A stretch of DNA of 64,000 nucleotides from an uncultured Chloroflexia bacterium (GCA_963827475.1 CAWHAZ010000004.1:192001-256000), one strand, 5' to 3'. Counted from the stretch's first letter, positions 46,281 to 58,708 are shown. A program made the numbers and translations. Notes: generated from the sequence alone by a model not told the origin.

Positions 46281-47756
46281 GTGAGGCTCCCCTCCACCGC
46301 GGCCGTGTTCGCGGCCGGGCTGGCCGGGATCATGGTCGTCATCGTGCTGGCCAAGGGCCTGACCGATCCGGACTTCTTCACCCATGTCCGGACCGGCCAG
46401 CTCATCGTCGACACCGGCCAGGTGCCCACCACCGACCCGTTCTCGTTCACCTGGGCCGGCATGCCGTGGACCCTCCACGAGTGGCTGAGCGAAGTGCTGA
46501 TGTACTTCCTCATCAGCGGCCCCGGGGTGATGTTCTCGCTCATCGCCTTCGGCCTCGTCCCCGGCGCCCTGCTCGCCGTCCTGCTGTACGCGGTCATGAA
46601 GCGCGGCGTCCCGCTCCGGCCGGCGGCGCTGGCCTGCATCCTCGCCGCCTGGGTCTTCATCCCGTACGTGACCATCCGGCCGCAGGCCCTCAGCTGGCTG
46701 CTCATGGCGGTCCTGGTGACCTTCCTGTGGGGGCTCGACGCCACCAAGCCCAGGCGCGCCCTGTGGCTCATCCCGCTGTTCATCCTGTGGGCCAACCTCC
46801 ACGGCCTGTGGGTCGTCGGCCTGGGGGTGGTGGCCCTCTACGCGCTGTTCACCGTCGCCGGACGCACGCCGATGGCCGGGTCCGTCGGGCGCACCTGGAT
46901 CGGCGTGGCGTTCCTCGGCTGCCTGCTCGGGGTCATGCTCACCCCGGCCGGTCCGGCCGGCGTCCTGTACCCCCTCCGCTACATCGACGCCGGCGACTGG
47001 GGCCTGGAGAACATCCACGAATGGCAGTCGCCCGACTTCCACGGCGCCGCCCACCTTGGCCTGCTGACCCTGATCCTCACCCTGCTCGCGGTCGGGGTCT
47101 GGAGCGGCGGGGCGCCCGGCTGGATGGGCGTGCTGACCATCCTCGGCGTGGCCATGAGCCTCATCTCGCTCCGCAACGCGCCGCTGCTGGCCGTCTGGTC
47201 GGTGCCGGTGGTGGCCATGGGCCTCGCCGCCCGCTGGCCCGCGCGCCTCACCCCGAAACCGGTGCCCGCCAACCAGCAGCCGGTCCGCCGCGCGATGGAG
47301 GCCATCACCGCGGTCGCCATCGTCGTCGTCAGCGCCGTCCTCGTCCTGCCCCAGACGCCGGCCGCGCATCTCGAGGAGACCGTCGCCTCCGAGTTCCCCG
47401 AGGCGGCGATGGAGATCATCCGCGAGGTCAACCCCGACGCCCGGGTCCTGGCCGAGTACGGCTGGGGCGGCTACGTCATCTGGTCCGGGTACGACCACGG
47501 GGCCCGGGTCTTCGTCGACGGGCGGAACGACATGTACGACCAGGCCATCCTCGAGGACTACAGCGCCATTCGCGATGCGGATGAGGGCTGGGAGGAGCTC
47601 CTCGCCGAGTACGAGGTCGAGGCCATGATCTGGCCGCCGGAGGCGGTCCTGACCCGCGGCCTGCTCGACGGCCCGCTGCCCGACGGGACCGAGTGGTGCG
47701 AGGTCTACCGCGACGAGACCCAGATCCTGTACCTGCCCGAATGTCTGCCGGACTGA
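46281..47756 (+). CDS. GT-C-type multi-TM protein
   Basis: DPDFFTHVRTG, DPFSFT, RPQ, WANLHG, IHEWQSP, YGWGGY and VFVDGRNDMY motifs; intact ORF. Confidence 0.8.
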   Translation: MRLPSTAAVFAAGLAGIMVVIVLAKGLTDPDFFTHVRTGQLIVDTGQVPTTDPFSFTWAGMPWTLHEWLSEVLMYFLISGPGVMFSLIAFGLVPGALLAVLLYAVMKRGVPLRPAALACILAAWVFIPYVTIRPQALSWLLMAVLVTFLWGLDATKPRRALWLIPLFILWANLHGLWVVGLGVVALYALFTVAGRTPMAGSVGRTWIGVAFLGCLLGVMLTPAGPAGVLYPLRYIDAGDWGLENIHEWQSPDFHGAAHLGLLTLILTLLAVGVWSGGAPGWMGVLTILGVAMSLISLRNAPLLAVWSVPVVAMGLAARWPARLTPKPVPANQQPVRRAMEAITAVAIVVVSAVLVLPQTPAAHLEETVASEFPEAAMEIIREVNPDARVLAEYGWGGYVIWSGYDHGARVFVDGRNDMYDQAILEDYSAIRDADEGWEELLAEYEVEAMIWPPEAVLTRGLLDGPLPDGTEWCEVYRDETQILYLPECLPD

Positions 47757-47782
47757 CCGATGCCGGGCCGTCGCCGGCCCGG

Positions 47783-49342
47783 ATGACGTGGCTGCTCCTC
47801 GGCCTGGTCACCCTCGCGGGCCTCGTGGTCCGCGCCATCCCGGTCGCCCTGGCTGACTTCCCGGTCAACGACGGTGGCCTGTTCGTGGCCATGACCCGCG
47901 CCATCGAGGACGCGGGCTGGGCGCTGCCGGCGACCGTCGCCTGGAACGGGATGGACCTGCCGTTCACCTACCCGCCGCTGGCGTTCTACAGGCGCGGCGG
48001 CCTGCGAAGCGCTCGTCGGGCGGACCTGTTCGGCGTCTTCCGCTGGCTCCCGCTGGTGACCAGCGCCCTGATCGTGCCCGCGGTCTTCCTGCTCGGCCGC
48101 GAGCTGCTGCGTTCGGATATCGGCGGGCTGGTTGCGGCCCTCGCCTACGCCCTGGCGCCCGGCTCGTACGTGTGGATGGTCGCAGGGCGGCGGCGTGACC
48201 CGGTCGCCGGGCCTCCTGCTCGCCGTGCTCGCCGTGTGGCAGACGGTCCTCCTCGTCCGCGAGCCCACCCGCCGGCGGCGCGGTCGTGGTGGCGTCGCTC
48301 GGCGGGCCTGACCGCCCTCGTCCACCCCGGCGCGGCCGTCTTCGCCGCCGTCAGCGGCGCTGCTCATCTGGATCTTCGAGGGGCGCACCCGCATCGTCGC
48401 CTAGGCGCGCGGCGGCGCCTCGGCCGTTGGCGTCGCGCTCTGGTCGTCGCGCCGTGGCTGCTCATCGTCATCTCGCGCCACGGCCTGGCCGCCCTCACCG
48501 ACGTCCCGAGCAACGGCCCCGACCCCGTCGCTGCCCTCCTCGCCGTCCTCGCCGGGCGGGTCACCGGCGCTCCCGTTCCTGGATCCGCTCGCCATCGTGG
48601 GCCTCGCGCTGGCGCTCCTGTGCCTCGTCCGCCGGCGGTGGCTGCTTCCCCTGTGGTTCGTCGTGGCGCCCTGGTCCTGTCCTTCCAGTACGCGATGGTC
48701 CCGTTCGGCCTTCTCGTCGGTCGCGGCTCGCATCGCCCTCGCGGCACGCGGCGCCGTCCGCCGCGAGGTCGGTCCGCGCCGGATCCCCCGCTGGATCCCC
48801 GTCGTTGGGCCGCGGCTCTGGCCGCCTGCCTCGTCATCGAGGGCGTGGCGTCGCCGCTGACCGTCCTGAACCCCGGGGCCCCGGTCCATGCGCTGAGCCC
48901 GGAGCGGCGGGAAGCGATGGAGTGGGTCGCGTCGAACCTCGAGCCGGACGCCACCGTTCGCGCTGATCACCGACAGCGTGTGGTCCGGCGACCCCGACTC
49001 CGAGTGGTTCCCGCACCTCGCCGGGCGACGTCGGTGGCCACCGTCCAGGGCTCGGAGTGGCTCGGGCGCAGACGCGTTCGACGAGCAGGTCAGCGTGCTC
49101 ACGCGCGCTCCAGGCCTGCGTCCGCCCGGCATCGGTCAGCTGCGTCCACGACTGGCTCGGCGGAACGCCGGCCGACTACCTCTACCTGCCGCACGGCCAC
49201 CTCCACGGGCCGAGCTCGCCCGGCGACTGCTGCGCGGAGCTCCGCGCCGGCCTCCTGACGATCCGGCGTTCGACGTCGTCTTCGACGGGCCGGTGCGACG
49301 ATCCTCCGGTCGCCTCCGTCCGGGTCACGCCGGGACCGCTGA
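47783..49342 (+). CDS. GT-C-type multi-TM protein (frameshifted)
   Basis: NDGGLF..M, PFTYPPL, SVATVQGSEWLG and PGDCCAELR motifs. Confidence 0.68.
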
Positions 49343-49344
49343 CC

Positions 49345-50645
49345 GTGCCTCGCTCGATCGCCGTGCTCGGGGCGGGCGCGCTGGGCCTGACCGCGGCCCT
49401 GCGGCTCGCCCAGCGCGGCGAATCGGTGACCGTCTTCGAGCGCGAGCCCGTCCCCGGCGGGCTGGCCGCCGGCTTCCGCCCGGGCGGGGACAGCGGTCCG
49501 TGGCTCGAGAAGTTCTACCACCACCTGTTCCAGACCGATCACGCACGCCATCGGCCTCATCGAGGAGCTCGGGCTGGGCGCGGACCTGACCTGGCATCGG
49601 CCGCGCACGGTGGTCCTCTTCGGCGGGCGGTTCCACCAGCTGGACTCGGCCCTGTCGTTGATTCGCTTTCGCCCGCTGCCGGTGATGAGCCGATTCCGGA
49701 TGGGAATCGGTCTCGCCTACCTGAAGGCGCTCGGCAGTCCGCGACGGCTGGAAGGGGCGCGGGCGGCCCCGTGGATCCGGGGCCAGATGGGCGACGCCGC
49801 GGCGGACGTCGTCTGGGAGCCGCTCCTCCGCGCGAAGTTCGGGGACGCGGCGGACACGATCGGGCTCCCCTGGTTCTGGGCCCGCGTGCACGACCGCACG
49901 AGCCGCCTCGGCTACCTGACCGGCGGGTTCCAGCGCCTGTACGAGGCGCTCGCCGCGCGGGTGTCGGAGCACGGCGGCACGGTGCTGCTCGGACGCGAGG
50001 TGACCGAGATCCGACGGACCGGAGGCCAGCTCACGCGTGTCCCACCGCGCGGTCGGCGATCATGCCGTCGCCACCGATGCCTTCGACGCCGTCCTGTCCA
50101 CGCTCCCGACGCGGCTGACCGCCCTGCTGACCCCGGAGATGCCGACCGAGTGGCGCGAGCGCCACGATCCCGGGCCGGCGCTCGGCGCCCACTGCCTGAT
50201 CCTGGCCCTGGATCGGCCCCTGACCGATGCCTACTGGATCAACCTCAACGACCCCGGCTTCCCCTTCCTCGCCGCGGTCGAGCACACGAACATGCGCTCC
50301 CCGGCCGAGTACGGCGGCCGGCACCTGCTGTACCTCGGCAGCTACCGGCCGATGGACGATCCGGTCCTGCGCGCCGATCCGGAGGAGCTCCTGACCGAGT
50401 GGCTCCCGGCCCTCCAGCGGCTGAATCCCGACCTCGACCGATCCTGGATCACCCAGGTCTGGAAGTTCGCCGCGCCCTACGCCCAGCCCATCGTCACGGT
50501 CGACTATCCCAAGCGCATCCCGCCGTTCCAGACCCCCATCGAGGGGCTCTGGATCGCCAACATGTTCCAGGTCTACCCCCATGACCGGGGCCAGAACTAC
50601 TCGATCGACCTGGCAGAACGCGTCGTGGCGAGCATGGCCGCCTAG
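49345..50645 (+). CDS. NAD(P)/FAD-dependent oxidoreductase, HemY-like (frameshifted)
   Basis: GAGALGLTAA Rossmann motif, PGGLA, LEKFYHHLF, LGYLTGGF, YAQPIV and YPHDRGQN. Confidence 0.85.
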
Positions 50646-52982
50646 ATGCGGCCATCGCCTCCTGACTGCCGCCGCGAAGTCCCGCGCGCGAGACCTCGCG
50701 ATTCTGCTGGGCTGCTCGCCCTTGCCTACTTCGTGCTGCTCGGCGAAGCCGGGCAGCGAGACCCGCATCCGATCATCCGACTCCTGAATGCGGCCATCGC
50801 CGGGACCCTGATTCTGATCTACCTCGTGGATGCGCCACCCGGGCGGATCGCGTCGACAAGGGCGTCCTGCTCGCCCTCCTCCTCTTTGCCGGCGCGGCAG
50901 TCCTGTCCCAGTTCCCTCGCCAGTCGTTCGACGCGCTGCTCGGTGCGCTCCTCTTCGCCGCTGGCTTCTTCGTCGCCCGCTCGCTGCTCGGATCGGACGA
51001 GGGCGGCGGGCGTTTGCGCTCTGCCTCATGGCCCTATCGGCGGTGTTGACCTTCGTGACGGCTGCTCGGTGTTGCTCCCCCGTTTTTCGAGTGGTGGGCG
51101 CTGAACGACTGGGCGGTCTTCCCCCCGCTGAACCTGGAATTCTCCGGTCGTGCCGTGGGGCCACCGTCATGATCTGACCCTACTCGTCGTCATGCTCTAT
51201 CCAAGCTGGTGGCTGGGTCGCATCTCCCCGTTGCGAGCTGCCGTGGGGACCGTTGTCGGCATCCTGGCCCTGCTCATCGTCATCGTCGACGGCTCACGGA
51301 ACCTCTGGCTGGCCATGGCTGTGGCATCTGTGGTGCTGGGCCTTCCCTTCGGTAGGAAGTACTGGCCGTCCGAGCGCAGGCGGCAAGTCGCTCTCGCGGT
51401 TGGGCTGATTGTCCTGATCGCGGTCCTGGTCCTCAGCGGAATCCTCGGCCTGCTCCTCGAACGCGCCTTCTCCACGGCATCGTTGGGCTTCGGTGGGCGA
51501 TGTGGCTCCCACTGATCGATGCATGGCTGTCGAAGCCCATCGCTGGCTTCGGTCCCGGCTCGTTCCCCTGGGTCCTCCAGCTGACCGACTACTTCCAAAC
51601 GAACAGCTTGGCACCGCGTCATCCCGACAGCGTCGTCTTCCAATTGCTCGCCGAGGCCGGCCTGCTTGGGGTTGCGGCGGTGACGGTCCTGCTGGTCACG
51701 CTGGTACCGGCCATCGTGCGCGGTCGGTCGCGGGCCGCCATATGGGTGCTGACCACGTTCGCGGCGGCCGGATTCGGCGCCAATCCGACGGACTTCGGCT
51801 TCCTCGTGGCGGTCGCGATCGCCTGGGCCGCATACGCCATTCCCCACGTGGCCCCGACCGGGGCGCCGGAAGCTCCGGCCCGGGTTCCGAGCGACGATTG
51901 CGTACGAATCCGATCACGATCGTCACCTTGGCCGCGTTCGGCATCGTTGCGATTGCCTGGTCGGCGACCTCGGTCGCCGGTATCTCGCACCAGGCGATTC
52001 GGGTAGCCGCCGCCGAAGGGTTCCTGGAAGAAGCGGCTGCCCAAGCGAAGATCGCGGGAGAACTCGATCCGGGCATGGCGCTCTACGCCCGCGCGCTCGG
52101 CGCCGCACGTCTCCTACAGGGGGAGGCTGTCTTGGCGGTCGGCCCTCTGACCCGAGCGACGGAGCTGAACCCAAGTGACGATCTCGCATGGCGGACTCTG
52201 GCACTTGCCCACGAGGCAGCGGGCGACGCGGCATCGGCGCAGACCGCTTTGGACCGTGCACTCGAGGTGCAGCGGTCAGATCCGACGAACCTGCTCCTCC
52301 TCGCGAGATTGCAGCTCGAGTCTGGCCGGGATACCGATGCCGTAGTGACGCTCGCCGAGGTCGTCCAGGCGTGGCCCGAAATCGTGGCTGCGCCGGGCTG
52401 GTCGGACCAACTACCACCCGGAACGACTACGCCTGAGGTGGTCGAGCTCGCCCTGGAACGATGGTCCGGCGGCCGTCCGTCGCCCGAACCCCCGCTTACC
52501 CAGCAGATCACCCTGGCGGCGATGGCGGGCCGCGACGACTTGGCTGCGCGGTGGGCCGAGGAGCGCCTTGGTCCATCCTTGGGTCCAATGTTCGTCGCGG
52601 TCATGGCCTGCCAACAAGATGCGCCGTCGCTCTTGCAACAGGCGACCGGCGATGTGCGCAGGTCGTCGCTGTACTGGCAACTGGTGGCTCGTCAGGCGGC
52701 GCTGGAAGGTCGCACGGACACGAAAGCCGCCCGGCTGCTGGAGATCATGGTCGCATGGTGCCCCGCCCCCGGACCTCACGGAGCGCACGTTCAACCCATT
52801 GGAGGAGACCGGCGGTGGATTCAGTGCCGATCGCTGGGGCTACCGGCGAACTCCGATTGAATGGCCAGACTACCGCGTCCTGCCCTCAGTGCAGGCAGGC
52901 GCAGGCACGGTGGTGGTACGCCGATCCGTTGGGCGCGATTCACGCAGCGGATCTCGACGGCGTCATGACCAAGTGCGGCTGA
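50646..52982 (+). CDS. O-antigen ligase (Wzy_C/WaaL/PglL)-like protein with C-terminal TPRs (frameshifted, atypical composition)
   Basis: GSRNLWLA, PIAGFGPGSF and HPDSVVFQLLAEAGLLG; TPR-like ATELNPSD..AWRTLA. Confidence 0.75.
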
Positions 52983-53292
52983 CACGCCCGACGAGGCGAG
53001 AGCGGTTGTCGCCACTTGTGAGCATCATCCTCGTCATCGCCTCCGCGGCCCAGTCTGAGGACTCCGGATCGGTTGGCGGCGGTCCTGGACCCTCGAGGAC
53101 GCCGAAGGTGTCGCGGCCCGAATTCTGACATCCTGGCCTGGACGTGCTACCGGTCATTTGTCCTGACGGCTCCGAGGGTTTCCCCCGAATCCACTGCGGG
53201 GCGACGAACCACTGCGGCCAGCCACACGCTGTGCGTCCCCGTTACTCGCCGGATGCCAGCGAGACCAAGTGGCAGGGCAGCGATCATGGCAG

Positions 53293-54159
53293 TCAGCACG
53301 TGACCCCAGTAGATGTCCGGTTGCGGACGGTCATCGCCAGCCCCAAAAAGGCAAAGGACAGACGATCATTTCGAACTCCCCAGGCGCCGATGAGCAGGGC
53401 AGACCGCGACCAGGTATCCGACGCCGGCCTCCCGGCGCACGCGAATGAGGGAGCGCGTAGTCCGGGCAACCGGGCACGGAGTTTCCCAACGCGACGTAGC
53501 CAGTCGGTCCAGTAACCCGGCGTGGATGAACCAATGTCGCCGACCGAGGAACTGCCGCCGAGATGACGAGAGGAATGCCGACGACACCCTTCTGTCCGAA
53601 CGGTCCAGACCAGGCCCATCAGCGGGTAGACCTTGATCGCGCCGAACAGGAGTGCCGGGATCGCAGACCACCGCGGCCAGAGCCACATGGCGCCAACGGC
53701 GGCAGCGACCATCGGTGACATGTAACCAGTTCTCAATCCCGCCATCGCAGGGTGGGCCAGCGCAACGGCGGCGATCCCGAGCGCCGCAGGGAACGGAAGG
53801 CGCCCGAGTTCCCTGCGCACGATCAGCAGCACCACCGCCACCAGCGCCGCGATACTCAGCAGATTCCACGCATAGAAGAAGGCCTCGCCCAAGGTGAATG
53901 GAACGAGCAGGAGCGCTCCCGATGGCGGATAGACGAATCCCCTCCCCCAGGCGGCCGCGTCGAGCCAGTACGGGCCCGCCAACTGCATGGCGGAGTACGG
54001 TGAGGTCCCGCCCCAGATTCGACCGGAGCCCTCCGCATACGAGAGCGCGTCCGCCCAACCAGAGACTGTGAACTCTTCAGCGAAGAGGCTCACCGAGGCC
54101 GCCAGAAACGCAAGCGAGTCCCAGAGCCGTGAACGCCCACCAGGCCAGTTTGCGGGCAT
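53293..54159 (-). CDS. GT87 (DUF2029)-like glycosyltransferase (frameshifted)
   Basis: DALSY..G, SPY, GFVYPP and AIKVYP motifs. Confidence 0.72.
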   Translation of the reverse strand: MPANWPGGRSRLWDSLAFLAASVSLFAEEFTVSGWADALSYAEGSGRIWGGTSPYSAMQLAGPYWLDAAAWGRGFVYPPSGALLLVPFTLGEAFFYAWNLLSIAALVAVVLLIVRRELGRLPFPAALGIAAVALAHPAMAGLRTGYMSPMVAAAVGAMWLWPRWSAIPALLFGAIKVYPLMGLVWTVRTEGCRRHSSRHLGGSSSVGDIGSSTPGYWTDWLRRVGKLRARLPGLRAPSFACAGRPASDTWSRSALLIGAWGVRNDRLSFAFLGLAMTVRNRTSTGVTC

Positions 54160-54295
54160 AGCCGCTGGTGAAGGGGTCCCGCCATGAGGACCGAGATGGG
54201 CACTAGTCCTGTGGACACGGGTCCTGAGAGTACGGCCAGTCCGCAAGTCGGGCCGCTCTGCTCCATCGGCCGCGCGGCCCACCAGTCCGCGCTAG

Positions 54296-55195
54296 CCTAT
54301 GTAATCGGCGCGGTTCTCGTGGCGGCTCTGCGCCTCCCCGGTCATCGTCGTCGGTATCCCGCGCCAACTCCGACCTCGGACTGCCGAGTGGTGTCGGTCG
54401 GTCATCGCCGCGGCGGCGACATCGCCGCGTGCGACTCCGACGGGGACGAGGCCACGGCGGCGCTGCTGGACGAGCTGGACGGGACCATCCTCGTGCCGGG
54501 CGATCTCGCCTACCCGAGCGGGACGGCCGCGGACTTCGCCAGCTGCTACGACCCGTCGTGGGGCCGGCACAAGGACCGGACCCGGCCGGTTCCGGGCAAC
54601 CACGAGTACGAGACCGACGGCGCGGCCGCGTACTTCGACTACTTCGGGGCGGCGGCCGGCGACGCCGGCCGAGGGCTGGCACGCCTTCGATCTCGGGGCG
54701 TGGCGGATCATCGGTCTGAACTCGAACTGCGACGAGATCGGCGGCTGCGGCGCCGAATCGCCGCAGGGCGCCTGGCTCAGCGAGGACCTGGAGACCAACC
54801 GAGCCGAGCCTGCACGCTCGCGTTCTGGCACCACCCGCGCTGGAGCTCGGGCGTGGAGCACGGGTCGAGCGCCGCGACCGATGCCTTCTGGCGGCTGCTC
54901 CACGACGCCGGCGCGGACCTGGTCCTGACCGCCCACGACCACCAGTACGAGCGCTTCCAGCCCGATGGACGCGGACGGCGCAGCCGGATCCCGACGGCAT
55001 GGTCGAGTTCGTGGTCGGCACCGGCGGGCGGTCGCTGTACGAGCTTCGCCGAGATCCTGCCCACCAGCGCCGCCCACGACAACTCGACCTACGGCGTCCT
55101 GCAGCTCACGCTCCGCCCGGACGGCTACGACTGGGAGTTCGTCTCCGCCACCGGCACGACGCTTCGCCGACTCCGGCACCGCCGCCTGCCGCTGA
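54296..55195 (+). CDS. Calcineurin-like metallophosphoesterase (frameshifted; start uncertain)
   Basis: GDIA, GDLAY, PGNHEY, WHHP, AHDHQYER and FVVGTGG motifs. Confidence 0.85.
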
Positions 55196-55251
55196 GGCAC
55201 GGCGGTCGGGAGCGGGTCGAGCCGGCTGAGGCGCGCGTACACTCCCCGGAC

Positions 55252-58200
55252 GTGATCGGCTGCCCGAACTGCGGAACCGAGAATCCCGAGCACGCCCGCT
55301 TCTGCCTGTCGTGCGGCACCGCGCTGGCCGCCACGGCGCCGGCACGGGGCGAAGAGCGGAAGGTCGTCTCGGTCCTGTTCGCGGACCTGGTGGGATTCAC
55401 CTCGGCCTCGGACAAGGCCGACCCGGAGGACGTCCTCGCCACCCTGCGCCCGTACCACGCCCTGCTCCGGGCCGAGATCGAGCGCTACGGCGGCACGGTC
55501 GAGAAGTTCATCGGGGACGCGGTCATGGCCGTCTTCGGCGCGCCGGTCGCCCACGAGGACGACGCGGAGCGGGCGGTGCGCGCCGGGCTGCGGATCGTCG
55601 AGGCGCTGACCGAGCTCAACAACGAACGCCCCGGCCAAGACCTCGCCGTCCGGGTGGCGGTGAACACCGGCGAGGCGATCGTCAGCCTGGGGGCACGCCC
55701 GGAACAGGGCGAGGGGATGGTGGCCGGCGACGTGGTGAACACCGCCTCACGGCTCCAGCAGGTGGCGCCGGTCGGCGGCGGTGGTGGTCGGCGAGGGCAC
55801 GTGGCGGGCGACCCAGCAGATGATCGACTTCGAACCGATGGACGCGGTCGAGGTGAAGGGCAAGGCGGAGCCGATCCCGGTCTGGCGGGCGATCCAGGCC
55901 CGCAGCCGGTTCATCGTGGAGGTGGACCGCCCGACGAACCCGTTCATCGGTCGCACGAGCGAGCTCGAGCTGCTCCGGCAGGCCTATCGGCGGATGATCC
56001 GGGAGGAATCGGTCCAGCTGGTGACCGTCACCGGCGAGCCGGGCGTCGGGAAGAGCCGGCTCATCGGGGAGTTCTTCGCCTGGGCCGACAGCGAGCCGGA
56101 GCTGTTCTTCTGGCGCCACGGCCGATGCCTGCCCTACGGCGACGGGGTCACCTTCTGGGCGCTGGGCGAGATCATCAAGGCCCAGGCCGGCATCCTCGAG
56201 ACCGATGGACCGGAGGAGGCCGACACCAAGCTGCGCGAGGCGGTGGCGCTCGTCGTCGAGGACGAGGCCGACCGCGACTGGATCAGCGGCCAGCTCGCCG
56301 CCCTGGTCGGGTCGCGCCCCGGGGCGGCGGCCTCGGCCGACCGGGCCGAGACGTTCTCCGCCTGGCGCGCGTTCCTGGAGGCGATGGCCGCCTTCCGGCC
56401 GCTGATCCTGGTCATCGAGGACCTCCACTGGGCCGACGACGCGATGATCGAGTTCGTCGAGTACCTCGCCGAGTGGGCGACCGGGGTACCGCTGCTCATC
56501 CTGTGCACCGCCCGCCCGGAGCTGTACGAGCGGCGGCCGGGATGGGGCGGCGGGAAGCGGAACTCGACGACGGTCGCGCTCAGCCCGCTCCAGGCCGATG
56601 AGATCGCCGCCCTGGTGTCGGCCATGCTCGAGGAGACGCTCCTGCCGGCCGAGACGCAGGCCGCGCTCCTCGAGCGGGCCGGCGGCAACCCGCTGTACGC
56701 CGAGGAGTTCGTCCGGATGCTCACCGACCGCGGCATCCTCCAGCCGGCAGGGCCGCGCGTGGCAGATCGTGGCCGACGGCGACATCCCGGTGCCGGACAC
56801 CGTCCAGGCGCTGATCGCAGCCCGGATGGACACGCTGTCGCCGGAGCGCAAGACGCTCCTCCACGACGCGGCGGTCATCGGCCGGGTGTTCTGGCCCGGC
56901 GCGCTGGCCACGATGGGCGGGGCGGATCCGGACCGACGTCGTGGCCGGGCTCCACGACCTGCTGCGCAAGGAGCTGGTCCGCCCCGTCCGCCGCTCGTCG
57001 ATGCAGGGCGAGGACGAGTTCACGTTCTGGCACATCCTCGTCCGCGACGTGGCCTACGCCCAGATCCCGCGCGCCCAGCGGGCGGAGCGCCACCGCAAGG
57101 CGGCCGGCTGGATCGAGCGCGCCGCCGGGGAGCGGGTCGGGCGACCACGCCGACATCCTGGCCCATCACTACCTCCAGGCCATCGAGCTGGGAGCGACGG
57201 GGAGTGGCGAGGAGGATGCCGAGCTGCGGGCGTCGGCCAGCCGCTACCTCTTCCTCGCCGGCGAGCGGGCCAACCAGCTCGACAAGGCGCGCGCCGAGCA
57301 GCTGTACCGGCAGGCACTGGAGCTGGTGCCCGCCGGCAGCCTGGAGGAGGCGGAGATCCGGCTCAGCCTCGGCGCCAGCCTGTTCAGCGCCGGGCGCGAC
57401 TCCGCGGAGGAGCATCGCGCTGCTCGAGGGCGCCGAGGCGATGTTCGCCACCCACGGCGAGGTCACCCGCGCGGCGTTCGCCAAGACCATCCGGGCCATG
57501 GTGCTCCGACACCGGAACGAGATGGACCTCAGCCGCGCTCTGCTGGCCGAGGCACGGGAGACGCTCGAGCGCCAGCCGCCCGGGATCGAGCTGGTGCGGG
57601 TGTACGCCGCCCTCGGCGGGGATGCCATGCTCCGATCCCTGTACCCTGAGTCGTGGAGCTATGCCCAGAAGGCGATCGACCTCGCCGAGCAGCTCGGCCG
57701 CCCCGAGCTGAAGGTGCGACCCATGCAGTACCGCGGCTGGGCGCGATGGGACGCGCGCGACGCGGAGGGCGCAAAGGCAGACCTCGGGCGCGCGGTGGAG
57801 CTGGGCCTCCAGGTGGGCGACGCCAGCAGAGACGGCGATCGCCTACAACAACTACGCGGGCCTCCGCTGGGCGTGCGGAGGGACCGGTGGCCGGCCTGGA
57901 AACGTGCGGGGAGGGCATGGCGTTCGTCGGCCCGCCGCGGGATGGAGGGGCCGCGGCTCTGGAGTCGCTCGGAGAAGCACGTTCTGCCTGTACGACCTCG
58001 GGCGCTGGGACGAACTCCTGGCGGTCGCCGAAGAGGTCGAGACGGAGGCCGCGGACAGCGGACGTGGACGCAGATTGCCGGGTTCAGCCGTCCCGATGCG
58101 GGTCAAGGTCCACTTCTACCGCGGCCAGCCGCGGAGGCCGCAGACGCCGCGGCCACCGCCCTGCCGGCCGCCCGAGAGGCCGGCGATCCCCAGCTGCTGA

Positions 58201-58708
58201 TCCCGGCACTCGAGGCCCAGGCGCTGCTCGACGTCGCCGCCGGCCAGGCCGCGCGAGGCGATCCGACGCGCTGGAGGAGATCGAGCGGATCACGGCCGAG
58301 ACGACGCCACTGGTCGGCTCGCTTGCGGCCGAGCTCGTTCGCGTGGCGTGCCGGGCCGGTGACCTGGGCCTCGCCCATCGGCTGGTGGACAGCAACCCGG
58401 CCATGCCCGGGCGATCGGAGAGCATCGTGGTCAGCGGGCGGGCGGTCATCGCCGAGGCCGAGGGCCGGCTCGAGGAGGCGGCGGACGGGCTTCCTGGACG
58501 CCGCTGCGCGGTGGGCGGCTTACGGGTCAGTCATGGAACAGGGCCACGCGCTCATCGGCGCGGGGCGGTGCCTGATCGCGCTCGGTCGGCCAGCGAGGCG
58601 GCGGACGCCGCTCCGCGCGGCTCGAGAGCTGTTCGCGGGCCTGGCGCCACGGTCCTGATGGCCGAGGTCGACGACCTGCTGGCCCAGACCACCGCCCGCG
58701 CCGGCTAG
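55252..58708 (+). CDS. Zinc ribbon - class III adenylate/guanylate cyclase - STAND AAA ATPase - TPR protein (multiple frameshifts)
   Basis: CPNCG..FCLSCG, LFADLVGFT, EKFIGDAVMA, GDVVNTASRLQ, GEPGVGKSRL, IEDLHWAD and GNPLYAEE motifs. Confidence 0.9.

Noticed and set aside
52983-53292. Possible small gene or RNA between the ligase and the GT87 gene
   Set aside because: No convincing ORF, motif or stem; may be a degraded remnant.
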